Source: an uncultured Solirubrobacterales bacterium (GTDB lineage: Bacteria > Actinomycetota > Thermoleophilia > Solirubrobacterales > JBBDJG01). Taken from it: DNA of 64,000 nt. The notes beneath the pieces were generated by a model. That model was not told the origin of the DNA and did not search any database. It saw nothing but the letters and a program-made list of their open reading frames with translations. The DNA is taken from assembly GCA_963774075.1 (NCBI GenBank), contig CAVZDP010000005.1:186179-250178 (forward strand), written 5' to 3'. Every line of letters begins with the position of its first letter. Positions within the stretch are counted from its first letter, which is position 1. Positions 54,601 through 64,000 of the stretch are shown here, one piece after another. The position numbers and the translations under genes are program-made.

Positions 54601-55717
54601 CCTGGTGGACAGCGACGCCCGGCCAACCCTCATATTCCCTGAGCAGCTCGGGGAGGGCTCGCTCGGTCGGCGAGAACAGGAACTCGTCGAGGTCGATGAA
54701 AGCGATCCAGCGAGACTCTTTGCCGTGCTGCCTCAGGCAGTGGTCGTAGGCGCTGTTCTGGCCTGCGGCGGGCATCCGCCAGTGGTAGAGCACGACCGTG
54801 CCGTCCTCGACATACGGCGCGAGCACTTCGAGGTGTGAGTCGCTGCTCAGGTTGTCGTAGAGGAAGAAACGCTCCACGCCCATCAGCCGATGGAACTCGA
54901 TCCACTCGGGGAGGAACTCCGCCTCGTTGCGGTACATCGCGCACACCGACAGGTAGACCTCGTTTTCCTTCCGCTCGGCGCTGAGACCCTTGGAGCTTCG
55001 CTTGGACCGGCCCCGTCGCCTTCCCGGTGGACCCAGCCGCTGCTGTGCCGTCCACAGGTCCTCGTACTCGGCCGCCTCCCAGATCAGGCTCTGGACGTCG
55101 ACCATGTCTCGAAGCGGGACACCTTCTGCTTCGAGGCGCGTGCGCACGTCCGATGCGAAGGCAAGATGGTGCCTGTACCGCTCGAGCGCACCGGCACCCT
55201 CCGCCTGTTCGCAGCCCAGGCGGCGCTCGAGCCGCTCGTACTGTCCCGGTCGCATCGCGGGCAGTGCCGCCGGCTCGACCGCGAAGTTGAACAACGATCC
55301 GAAGGTCACGACGTGCCGCTGGTTCGGCGCGATACCGACGCTCGCGGCGGCCTGGTCGGCCATGCTCGCGAAGGTCTCGAATCGAGCCTCGGCATCCTTG
55401 TCCTCGTCGAGGAAGCCCAGGAGCGCCGCTCGCAGCGAAGGCGCGTCCAGCGATGCCCAGTGGTTCAGCCACTCGTCCTGCCTTGGAGCCGTGAGCTGGT
55501 AGGAGCGGAACGTGGCGAACTGCCCCTCGAAGACGGTGCCGAGCAGGGGCTCGAGCTTGCCGCCTGCCTCGAGGGCTCTGAGAAAGCCCTTCGCCCTTTC
55601 GGCGATGCCGAGCCTGTAGTCGCGCTCCTCCGCGTCGAAACTTGGCTTCGTTCGCGCATGCGCCGCGTAGGACAGGAACCGCTTCCATGCCCCTGTCGTG
55701 CTCACAACGCCCGCCAT
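51662..55717 (-). CDS. Multidomain protein: 2x[helical McrB-N-like domain + GT92 glycosyltransferase] + FkbM methyltransferase
   Basis: YLSVCAMY..EWIEFH..FFLYDN and WIAFIDLDEF (DxD), each twice; LDVGAFDG and LKTDTQG FkbM motifs; no signal peptide or TM. Confidence 0.85.
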   Translation of the reverse strand: MAGVVSTTGAWKRFLSYAAHARTKPSFDAEERDYRLGIAERAKGFLRALEAGGKLEPLLGTVFEGQFATFRSYQLTAPRQDEWLNHWASLDAPSLRAALLGFLDEDKDAEARFETFASMADQAAASVGIAPNQRHVVTFGSLFNFAVEPAALPAMRPGQYERLERRLGCEQAEGAGALERYRHHLAFASDVRTRLEAEGVPLRDMVDVQSLIWEAAEYEDLWTAQQRLGPPGRRRGRSKRSSKGLSAERKENEVYLSVCAMYRNEAEFLPEWIEFHRLMGVERFFLYDNLSSDSHLEVLAPYVEDGTVVLYHWRMPAAGQNSAYDHCLRQHGKESRWIAFIDLDEFLFSPTERALPELLREYEGWPGVAVHQAQYGFSGHRTKPEGRVIENYVQHADLWRATVLKSIVDPEGTLRCLSPHHFEYKEGSVAVDENGHPARHHKTLSNSASRLRVNHYYTKSEEEFRRKSATPDAARSMFRIWPDWDGLRWTFSQITDPRLSKYGPAVSEAIAEAASRTLRTPVAVAVGTIEAPPPPSPAASPPAEAAAGSGALAPPPPQAVAPPPPRARPPASPRAPAKGAWKRFVSYAAHARTKPSFDAEERAYRLDIAERLNGLVRALEAGCKLVPALDTVFDGYFSVRPYEFTTETQNEWLSQWASLDEPSLRAALLGFLDEDKDADARFWNFTSMAEHAAASAGIAPSQRHVVTFGSLFNFAVAPAALPAMQPGQYEQLERRLGRELVEGSDALEQYRHHLAFASDVRTRLEAEGVPIRDMLDVQGLIGGAADHEDLWTAQQRLGQPGRRNSKGRGAERRETEVYLSVCAMYRDQAEFLPEWIEFHRLMGVERFFLYDNLSSDSHLEALAPYVEDGTVVLYHWRIPGAGQNSAYDHCLRRHGKESRWIAFIDLDEFLFSPTERPLPVLLEEYEGWPGVAVHEAHYGFSGHRTKPEGRVIENYVERVALKQTSVIKTIVDPEGAIRCLSQHHFEYKEGSVAVDENGHPARDHKTLSNSASRLRVNHYYTKSEEEFRRECATPDAASSRFQPWPDWGSVRWTFSQVTDPRLSKYGPAVSDAIAETARRTLRSPVALAAGTIEPPPAASPVPPPAAPRAPAQVITLPEGLATQATWFESMALRSHLGLLLPRLGINCVLDVGAFDGEYGRFVRAAGYTGWIVSMEPVSSAYDQLEQAAKPDARWRTLRVALGRHDESRQIKVAQNSVLSSFLEPSAYAVRELGAMTDTVVQESVTVRSLDSVIEECLEGIPQPRIFLKTDTQGWDLEVMHGAQATLPRVLGVQTELAVKPIYDGVPDYSETMDYLQDQGFEVTGMFGVVRDHSLRLIEFDCVMARAEHTAL
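52439..55694. repeat. Intragenic tandem duplication (54128-55694 and 52439-53984)
   Basis: Long near-identical nucleotide stretches offset by about 1.7 kb, joined by a Pro/Ala linker. Confidence 0.95.
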
Positions 55718-55806
55718 AGATCTTGCTGCGCGTCCCCCGTCGGTATACCTTCCCTAGCGCCGATCATACTGGCGAAAAGGCATCGCCCGGTCAGGCCGCG
55801 CTCGGG

Positions 55807-56508
55807 TCATCCGCGTATGGCACGGGCGAACGTGACGGCGAAAATCCGCTTCGCGCCTGCGCGTCGCAATGCCGTGGCGCAGGCGTCCAGCGTGGCGCCG
55901 GTCGTGAGGACGTCGTCCACGAGGACGGCCACGGACGGGGTCTCGCGCTGAGGCCGTACCGAGACCGAGCCGCGGGCGCCGCGCAGCCGGCTGCGCCGCT
56001 CGAGACCGACCTGAGTGGGCATGCCGTGAGGGCGCAGGAGCAGATCCCGCCTCGGCATGCCGGTGGCACGGGCGAGCGCGGCCGCGATCTCTGCAGCGTG
56101 GTTGAAGCCGTGGCGACGCCTGCGCTCGGGGTGGGCGGGCACGGGGACGAGCGCGCCCTGGAGGATGCCTTCGGGCGCCAGGCGGGAGATCTCGGCGGCC
56201 ATGAAGCGGGCGAGCGGCGTCCGTCCGCGTGACTTGAACCCGGCGACCAGATCCCGGGCCACCCCCTCGTAGACATATGCGGACCAGGCTCGCTCGAACG
56301 CGAGCCTGCGCCCGCGACAGTCGCCACACGCGCCCGTGAGCCGCACACCCGGCGCGCCGCACCGCCCGCAGCGCGGGTCCGGGAGCGGGACGAGCGCGGC
56401 GCGGCAGGGGCGGCAGAGCGGCGCCCCGGAAAGCTCGGGCTCGCGGCAGACACCGCACAACGGCGGCACGACCATCGAGACGAGTGCGCGGCCGAGCGTG
56501 TCGAGCAT
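55807..56508 (-). CDS. comF: ComF family protein
   Basis: Double zinc ribbon CxxC motifs, GFNH and VLVDDVLTTGAT. Confidence 0.93.
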   Translation of the reverse strand: MLDTLGRALVSMVVPPLCGVCREPELSGAPLCRPCRAALVPLPDPRCGRCGAPGVRLTGACGDCRGRRLAFERAWSAYVYEGVARDLVAGFKSRGRTPLARFMAAEISRLAPEGILQGALVPVPAHPERRRRHGFNHAAEIAAALARATGMPRRDLLLRPHGMPTQVGLERRSRLRGARGSVSVRPQRETPSVAVLVDDVLTTGATLDACATALRRAGAKRIFAVTFARAIRG

Positions 56509-56516
56509 CGAATCTC

Positions 56517-57404
56517 ATGGTTCCTGCGATAGTGAGCCGCGTCGATGCCGGGGTGCGACGACTGTCCGACGCGAACGTAGTAGGCGGCGCGGCCACGCCG
56601 TACGTCTGGTCGTTCCGGCCGGCGCTCGCCGCCGCGCTGGTGCTGACGGGCGCCATCTACGCCTGGCGAGTGCACGAGCTTCGAAGCGCCCCGGGCGTAG
56701 CCCCCGCAACCGGGCGGGAACGCCTGCGACCGCTCGCGTTTGCAGGCGGCCTGCTCGTGTTGGGGCTGGCGCTGATGTCTCCGATCGACAGCGTCGGGGA
56801 GGAGCGCTTGTTCAGCGTTCACATGGCGCAGCACCTGCTGATCGCCGACGCAGTTCCGATCCTTCTCCTGCTCGGCCTTTCCAGGCCACTGCTGCGACCG
56901 CTCGTCCGCCGGCTGCGTCCCGTCGAGAGCTCGCTCGGCTATCTGGCGCATCCATTCGTCGTCCTGACACTCGTCGTCGCCGTGATCTGCCTCTGGCACG
57001 TGCCGGCGCTCTACGAGCTTGCGCTCGATAACGCCTGGGCGCATCAGCTCGAGCACCTCACGTTCCTCGCGGCCGGGCTCGCGTTCTGGTGGTACGTCCT
57101 CGAGCCGGTGCCGCCGCGCCACCGGCTGCAGGGCATGGCGATGGTGGCCTACGTCGCGGGGGCCAAGCTCATGCTCGGCCTGCTCGGACTCGTGCTCGCG
57201 TTCTCGCGCACGTCCTTCTACGAGCACTACGAGCAGGCGCCCCGGACGTGGGGGCTCTCCGCGCTCGACGACCAGAACGTCGGCGGCCTGCTCATGATGC
57301 TCGAGCAGTCGATCGTGCTCGCGTCGTTCTTCGCGCTGCTTTTTGCGCGCATGCTGGAGCGCTCCGAGCAGGCACAGCGCCGGCGCGAGCGCCTCGGCAC
57401 CTAA
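56517..57404 (+). CDS. ctaG: Cytochrome c oxidase assembly factor (caa3 CtaG family)
   Basis: FSVHMAQHLL, WHVP and DQNVGG; start uncertain. Confidence 0.85.
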   Translation: MVPAIVSRVDAGVRRLSDANVVGGAATPYVWSFRPALAAALVLTGAIYAWRVHELRSAPGVAPATGRERLRPLAFAGGLLVLGLALMSPIDSVGEERLFSVHMAQHLLIADAVPILLLLGLSRPLLRPLVRRLRPVESSLGYLAHPFVVLTLVVAVICLWHVPALYELALDNAWAHQLEHLTFLAAGLAFWWYVLEPVPPRHRLQGMAMVAYVAGAKLMLGLLGLVLAFSRTSFYEHYEQAPRTWGLSALDDQNVGGLLMMLEQSIVLASFFALLFARMLERSEQAQRRRERLGT

Positions 57405-58420
57405 CCCAGCCGGGAGGTCTCTGCTCGCAGGTGCTCGGCGAGCGGGCGCTCACCTGCGATCGCGCCGATCAGCATCGCGTTCGGCGCGACGTCGGTCCCC
57501 GGCCAAACGACGGCGTCCCGCAAGACGGCGCCCTCGCCGATCGTGCAGCGGTCCCCGATCACGACCGGACCGGTCAAGCGCACGTCCGCCGCGATCCGGC
57601 AGTCCTCCCCGACGAAAACCGGCGGCTCCATCAGCACCTGCCCGTCGATGGTGGACGACTCGCCGACGCGCAGGCCTCCGTTCACGCTCGCTCCCTCTAC
57701 CCGTATCCGCACCTTCCCGGTCAACGCGTCGAAGTTCCCCTGCACGTACTCCTCGAGTGAGCCCACGTCGTTCCAGTATTCGCCGATCTCGTGCCCGTAG
57801 AGCGGCACGTCCTGCTCGAGCAGGACCGGGAACACGTCCTTCGCCCAGTCCACGAAGGCCCGCTCCGGGAAGTGGTCGAAGATCTCGGGCTCGAAGACGT
57901 AGATGCCGCAGCTGCCGAGATCCGAGAGCGCTTCCGCGGGGTCGGGCTTCTCCTGGAAGCCCTGGATGCGCCCGTCCTCGGAGGTGATGACGACGCCGAG
58001 CTGGCTCGGGTCGTCCACCCGCTTCAGCGACAGCGTCCCGATCCCGCCCAGCTCGCGGTGACGAGACCAGAGCGTGGTCAGGTCTATGTCGGTGAGCGCG
58101 TCGCCGGAGATGATGAGGAAGGTCTCGCCGCCGAAGAAGTCGCGCACGTTTCGAACGCCCCCGGCGGTGCCGAGCAGGTTCTCCTCGTACGAGAAGGTGA
58201 GCCCGACTCCGAATTCGGAGCCGTCGCCGTAGTGCTCCTGCATCATCTCCGGGAAGTAGTGCAGGTTGCAGACCACCCGATCGAAGCCGTGCTCGGCCAG
58301 CAGGCGCAGGATGTGGTCCATCACGGGCCTGCTCAGCACGGGCACCATCGGCTTGGGCAGCTCGTAGGTGATCGGCTGGAGGCGCGTGCCGAGCCCCGCC
58401 CCGAGCAGCATCGCCCTCAT
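57401..58420 (-). CDS. NDP-sugar synthase (mannose-1-P guanylyltransferase family)
   Basis: GAGLGTRL.P, PKPMVP, YWNDVG and hexapeptide repeats. Confidence 0.92.
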   Translation of the reverse strand: MRAMLLGAGLGTRLQPITYELPKPMVPVLSRPVMDHILRLLAEHGFDRVVCNLHYFPEMMQEHYGDGSEFGVGLTFSYEENLLGTAGGVRNVRDFFGGETFLIISGDALTDIDLTTLWSRHRELGGIGTLSLKRVDDPSQLGVVITSEDGRIQGFQEKPDPAEALSDLGSCGIYVFEPEIFDHFPERAFVDWAKDVFPVLLEQDVPLYGHEIGEYWNDVGSLEEYVQGNFDALTGKVRIRVEGASVNGGLRVGESSTIDGQVLMEPPVFVGEDCRIAADVRLTGPVVIGDRCTIGEGAVLRDAVVWPGTDVAPNAMLIGAIAGERPLAEHLRAETSRLG

Positions 58421-58484
58421 GCGCTCAGGCGAGCTGGGTCTTGCGTTGCTTCAACGTGCGCCTCGCTGCGACACCAGGCGGGGA

Positions 58485-60912
<2,428 letters not shown>

Positions 60913-60963
60913 GCGCGCAAGTCTATTGCCGCCGGAGGGATTCAGAGCTAAGCGAACTCCGGC

Positions 60964-61989
60964 CTACTCGACCCGGTCGCCGTCGCCGAGAACGCTCTCG
61001 GGCGGTAGCTCGACCCCGGCGCCGATCACCGCTCCCGCCTCGACGCGGCTGCGCGCCCCGATGCTCGTGCCGGCGCCAACGATGCTCCCGCGCACGATTG
61101 CGCTGGGACCCACCGTCACGCCGGCGTGCAGGACGGCCTCCTCGATCACCGCCTGCTCGGCCACCTGGCATTCGCCTCCGAGGACGGAGTGCGGGCCGAC
61201 CCTGGCGCTGCCATCGATCAGGCAGCGCTCGCCCACCAGCGACGGCGGCACCACGCCCGCGCCGTTGCGGGTGGCGGACACAGCGGTCTTGACGGTTCCG
61301 TCGAGGATGTCGCGGGTCGCCTCGAGGTAGCGCTCCGGCGTCCCGATGTCGAGCCAGTAGCCCGAGGCCTGGTACCCGTAGAGTCCCGAGCCGATCAGCG
61401 CGGGGAAGACCTCGCGCTCGAACGAGACGGCGCGGCCGGGCTCGATCATGTCGAGCACGCGGTGCTCGAGCACGTAGGCGCCCGCGTTGATCAGGTTCGT
61501 GTCGATCTCCTCGGGCTTCGGCTTTTCCAGGAAGGCCGTTATCTCTCCGTCCTCGCGCACTCGCACCAGCCCGTATGCCGACGGGTCCTCGACGGGGATC
61601 AGCGAGATGGTCGTGGCGGCGTCGCGATCGGCGTGTAGGCGCTGTAGCGCGCTGAGGTCGAAGTCGGCCAGGATGTCGCCGTTGAGGACCAGAAAGCGAT
61701 CGTCGAGGAACTTCTCGGCGTGTTTGACCGCACCGCCCGTACCGAGCGGCTCCTCCTCCTCCACGTAGCGAATGTGCGCCCTGCCGTCCCCGTCGCCGAG
61801 CACCGAGCGCACCCCGTCCGCCAGGAAGCCGCACGACATGACGACGTCGTCCACGCCATGCGAGACGAGCCAGTCGATCATGTACGAGATGAACGGCCGG
61901 TTGGCGAGTGAAAGCACCGGCTTCGGAACGCTCGACGTCAGAGGCCGAAGCCTCGTCCCCTCTCCTCCGGCCAGGATCAGGGCCTGCAC
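60964..61989 (-). CDS. NDP-sugar synthase (mannose-1-P guanylyltransferase family)
   Basis: AGGEGTRLRP, EEEPLGTGG, INAGAY and YWLDIGTP. Confidence 0.93.
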   Translation of the reverse strand: MQALILAGGEGTRLRPLTSSVPKPVLSLANRPFISYMIDWLVSHGVDDVVMSCGFLADGVRSVLGDGDGRAHIRYVEEEEPLGTGGAVKHAEKFLDDRFLVLNGDILADFDLSALQRLHADRDAATTISLIPVEDPSAYGLVRVREDGEITAFLEKPKPEEIDTNLINAGAYVLEHRVLDMIEPGRAVSFEREVFPALIGSGLYGYQASGYWLDIGTPERYLEATRDILDGTVKTAVSATRNGAGVVPPSLVGERCLIDGSARVGPHSVLGGECQVAEQAVIEEAVLHAGVTVGPSAIVRGSIVGAGTSIGARSRVEAGAVIGAGVELPPESVLGDGDRVE

Positions 61990-62002
61990 GGTACCGCCCT
62001 CC

Positions 62003-63289
62003 CTACCGCCCGATCCCCTCGTACACGAAGCCCGCCGAGCGCACCTTCTCCGCGTCGAGGAGGTTGCGACCGTCGACGATCACCGGGGCTTTCATGCGAG
62101 CTTTCACCTGCTCCAGATCGAGTTCGGCGAACTCGGGCCACTCCGTCACGATAACCACTGCATCGGCTCCATCCAGAGCGTCCATCGCGGTGTCACACAT
62201 CTCCGCTCCCGTGATCAGCTCTCGGGCGTGGTCCTCGGCGACCGGATCGTACGTTCGCACGCGCGCTCCCTCGCCCTGCAGGCGCGCGGCCAGAACGACG
62301 CTGGAGGCCTCTCTCATGTCGTCGGTGTTGGGCTTGAACGCCAGCCCCAGCAGCGCTATCTCCTTGCCGACGAGGGAGCCCAGGTGCTTCTTGAGCTTGT
62401 TCACCACCCGCCGCTTCTGGAGCTCGTTCACCTCGATCACCGAGGTGAGAAGCTGGAAGTGGTAGCCGGAGTTGCCGGCCAGTTGCTTCAGGGCTGACAC
62501 ATCTTTTGGAAAACATGAGCCACCGTAACCGATGCCGGCGTTTAGGAAGTTAGGCCCGATGCGAGGGTCGAGGCCCATGCCGAGGGCGACCTGCTTCACG
62601 TCGGAGCCGACCTCCTCGCAGACGTTGGCGATCTCGTTGATGAACGAGATCTTGGTCGCGAGAAAGGCGTTCGAGGCGAGCTTGATCATCTCGGCCGAGG
62701 GGACGTCGGTGCGGACGACCGGGCAGTCGAGAGGCTCGTACAGCGCGACCACCGCGTCGCCGGCCCAGACGTCGCCGTCGCTGCCGACGACGACCCGGTC
62801 CGGGTTCATGAAGTCGTCCACAGCGGAGCCTTCCTTCAGGAACTCGGGGTTTGAGACATAGGCGAGACCCGCCTTGCCGAGCTCGGCCAGCCTCCACTTG
62901 ATCGCGGCGCCGGTGCCGGCCGGCACGGTGCTCTTCATGACGATCGCGTGGTCGCCGGTGGCCGGAAGCTCGTCGATGACCGCATGTACGCGCGAGAGGT
63001 CGGCGTCACCGGAGTACGTCGGCGGGGTGTCCACGCACACGAAGAGCAGCCGAGCATTCTCGAGGATCGGCGCCACGTCGCTCTCGAAGTGCAGGCGCTC
63101 GCGATTCTTGGCGACCAGCTCGCCCAGTCCCGGCTCGAAGATCGGGACCTGACCGCCGCGCAGGGTGGCGATCTTCTCCGCGTCGATGTCGCGGCACCAC
63201 ACCTCGTGCCCGAGTTCGGCGAAACAGGCCGCGCTCACCAGGCCGACCCAGCCGACGCCGATCACTCCTATCGGTGGTCGCTCCGGCAT
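62003..63289 (-). CDS. ugd: UDP-glucose/GDP-mannose dehydrogenase
   Basis: GVGWVG, KSTVP, SNPEFL, GGSCFPKD and FKPNTDD. Confidence 0.95.
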   Translation of the reverse strand: MPERPPIGVIGVGWVGLVSAACFAELGHEVWCRDIDAEKIATLRGGQVPIFEPGLGELVAKNRERLHFESDVAPILENARLLFVCVDTPPTYSGDADLSRVHAVIDELPATGDHAIVMKSTVPAGTGAAIKWRLAELGKAGLAYVSNPEFLKEGSAVDDFMNPDRVVVGSDGDVWAGDAVVALYEPLDCPVVRTDVPSAEMIKLASNAFLATKISFINEIANVCEEVGSDVKQVALGMGLDPRIGPNFLNAGIGYGGSCFPKDVSALKQLAGNSGYHFQLLTSVIEVNELQKRRVVNKLKKHLGSLVGKEIALLGLAFKPNTDDMREASSVVLAARLQGEGARVRTYDPVAEDHARELITGAEMCDTAMDALDGADAVVIVTEWPEFAELDLEQVKARMKAPVIVDGRNLLDAEKVRSAGFVYEGIGR

Positions 63290-63354
63290 GTAGTCAGGTT
63301 ATCGGTCGCCGGCGCGAGGAATGTGACTTAGAGGGCTGGCTAATCGGCCTCGGC

Positions 63355-63498
63355 ATCTCCTGCGACATGGATTACTCCGGCAGCCCCACGGCTTCGAGGG
63401 CCTCGGCGTGATGCCAGAAGGACTCCTGGTAGGAGATCCTGCCCTTGCGCAACGTGTAGACGGCCGTGAACTCCAACTGTGTCGTTCTCCTGCGACAT
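63355..63498 (-). pseudogene. Collapsed SnoaL gene remnants: MSQEN fused out of frame to a C-terminus (..ALEAVGLPE*), then a further MSQE stub
   Basis: ATGTCGCAGGAGAACG at 63498 is followed by TQLEFTAVYTLRKGRISYQESFWHHAEALEAVGLPE* (stop 63372); ATGTCGCAGGAGA recurs at 63368. Confidence 0.85.
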
Positions 63499-63503
63499 CG
63501 CGC

Positions 63504-63917
63504 TTACTCCGTCAGTCCCACGGATTCGAGGGCTTCCTGCAACTGCAGCTCGTTGTAGTAGACGATTTCTGCGATTTTGCCGGCTCGCACGGTGCAGACC
63601 ACGGCATCGTGGAGGGAAAGCTCGATCCCGCTTCCCTGGCCCTTGCAGAGCATCAGGAACAGGGCGATAGCTCGGTCCTCCCCCACGGGTCGCACCTCCA
63701 CGCCCTCGATCCTCCAACTCCCCCAGGCATCGCTCCAGACCTCGAGCCACTTGCGCACTCCGTCGTGTCCTCGGTAGAGCTCGGTGTCGAGGCTGATGTC
63801 CCGATCGTCCACCTCAACATCGGGGTCCAGCTCAGCGAGAACCGACCGCCAGTCGTCGTCGCGGCGATTGAATCCCGCGATCAGCCTTTGCACAACCTCC
63901 ACGTTCTGCTGCGACAT
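63504..63917 (-). CDS. SnoaL/NTF2-like protein (MSQQNVE...ALESVGLTE type)
   Basis: LDPDVE, YRGHDG, GQGSGIEL and GKIAEI pattern. Confidence 0.92.
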   Translation of the reverse strand: MSQQNVEVVQRLIAGFNRRDDDWRSVLAELDPDVEVDDRDISLDTELYRGHDGVRKWLEVWSDAWGSWRIEGVEVRPVGEDRAIALFLMLCKGQGSGIELSLHDAVVCTVRAGKIAEIVYYNELQLQEALESVGLTE

Positions 63918-63938
63918 GACCCGCGCGGTATCCCGCAC

Positions 63939-64000
63939 TTACCCGGAGCGCGTGAGCGAGCGCGCAACGCCGAGCATCTCTCCCTCGGACAGCGTCTGCA
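63939..64000 (-). CDS. 3' end of an upstream gene (..QTLSEGEMLGVARSLTRSG*), possibly LCP family
   Basis: Frame is open to the window edge; family is a guess from the C-terminal resemblance and ugd context. Confidence 0.4.
   Translation of the reverse strand, partial: QTLSEGEMLGVARSLTRSG

Overview
High-GC actinobacterial chromosome segment. Gene content and style suggest Thermoleophilia/Solirubrobacterales (inference). The backbone is a minus-strand housekeeping run: ugd, two NDP-sugar synthases, pgi/pmi, ahcY, comF, hpf, secA, prfB (with a +1 frameshift), nadC, nadA, a split transketolase, ftsE, ftsX, ctpA, rnr, smpB and ssrA (tmRNA). The left half holds lipid/redox and regulatory genes (acnA 3' part, R2lox with TetR, thiolase, P450, HD-GYP, typA). 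No CRISPR array, prophage, tRNA, rRNA or intact transposase was seen. Main leads: (1) a 1351-aa cytoplasmic protein inserted between comF and hpf, with two tandem copies of [McrB-N-terminal-like helical domain + GT92 glycosyltransferase] and an FkbM methyltransferase, a possible nucleic-acid-directed glycosylation/methylation enzyme; (2) a head-to-tail array of SnoaL/NTF2 genes and remnants with nucleotide-conserved junctions that look like exchangeable cassettes; (3) a three-copy hairpin repeat family and a 48-bp MITE-like relic; (4) a prfB frameshift site lacking the canonical internal Shine-Dalgarno. All family calls come from reading motifs by eye; no searches were run.
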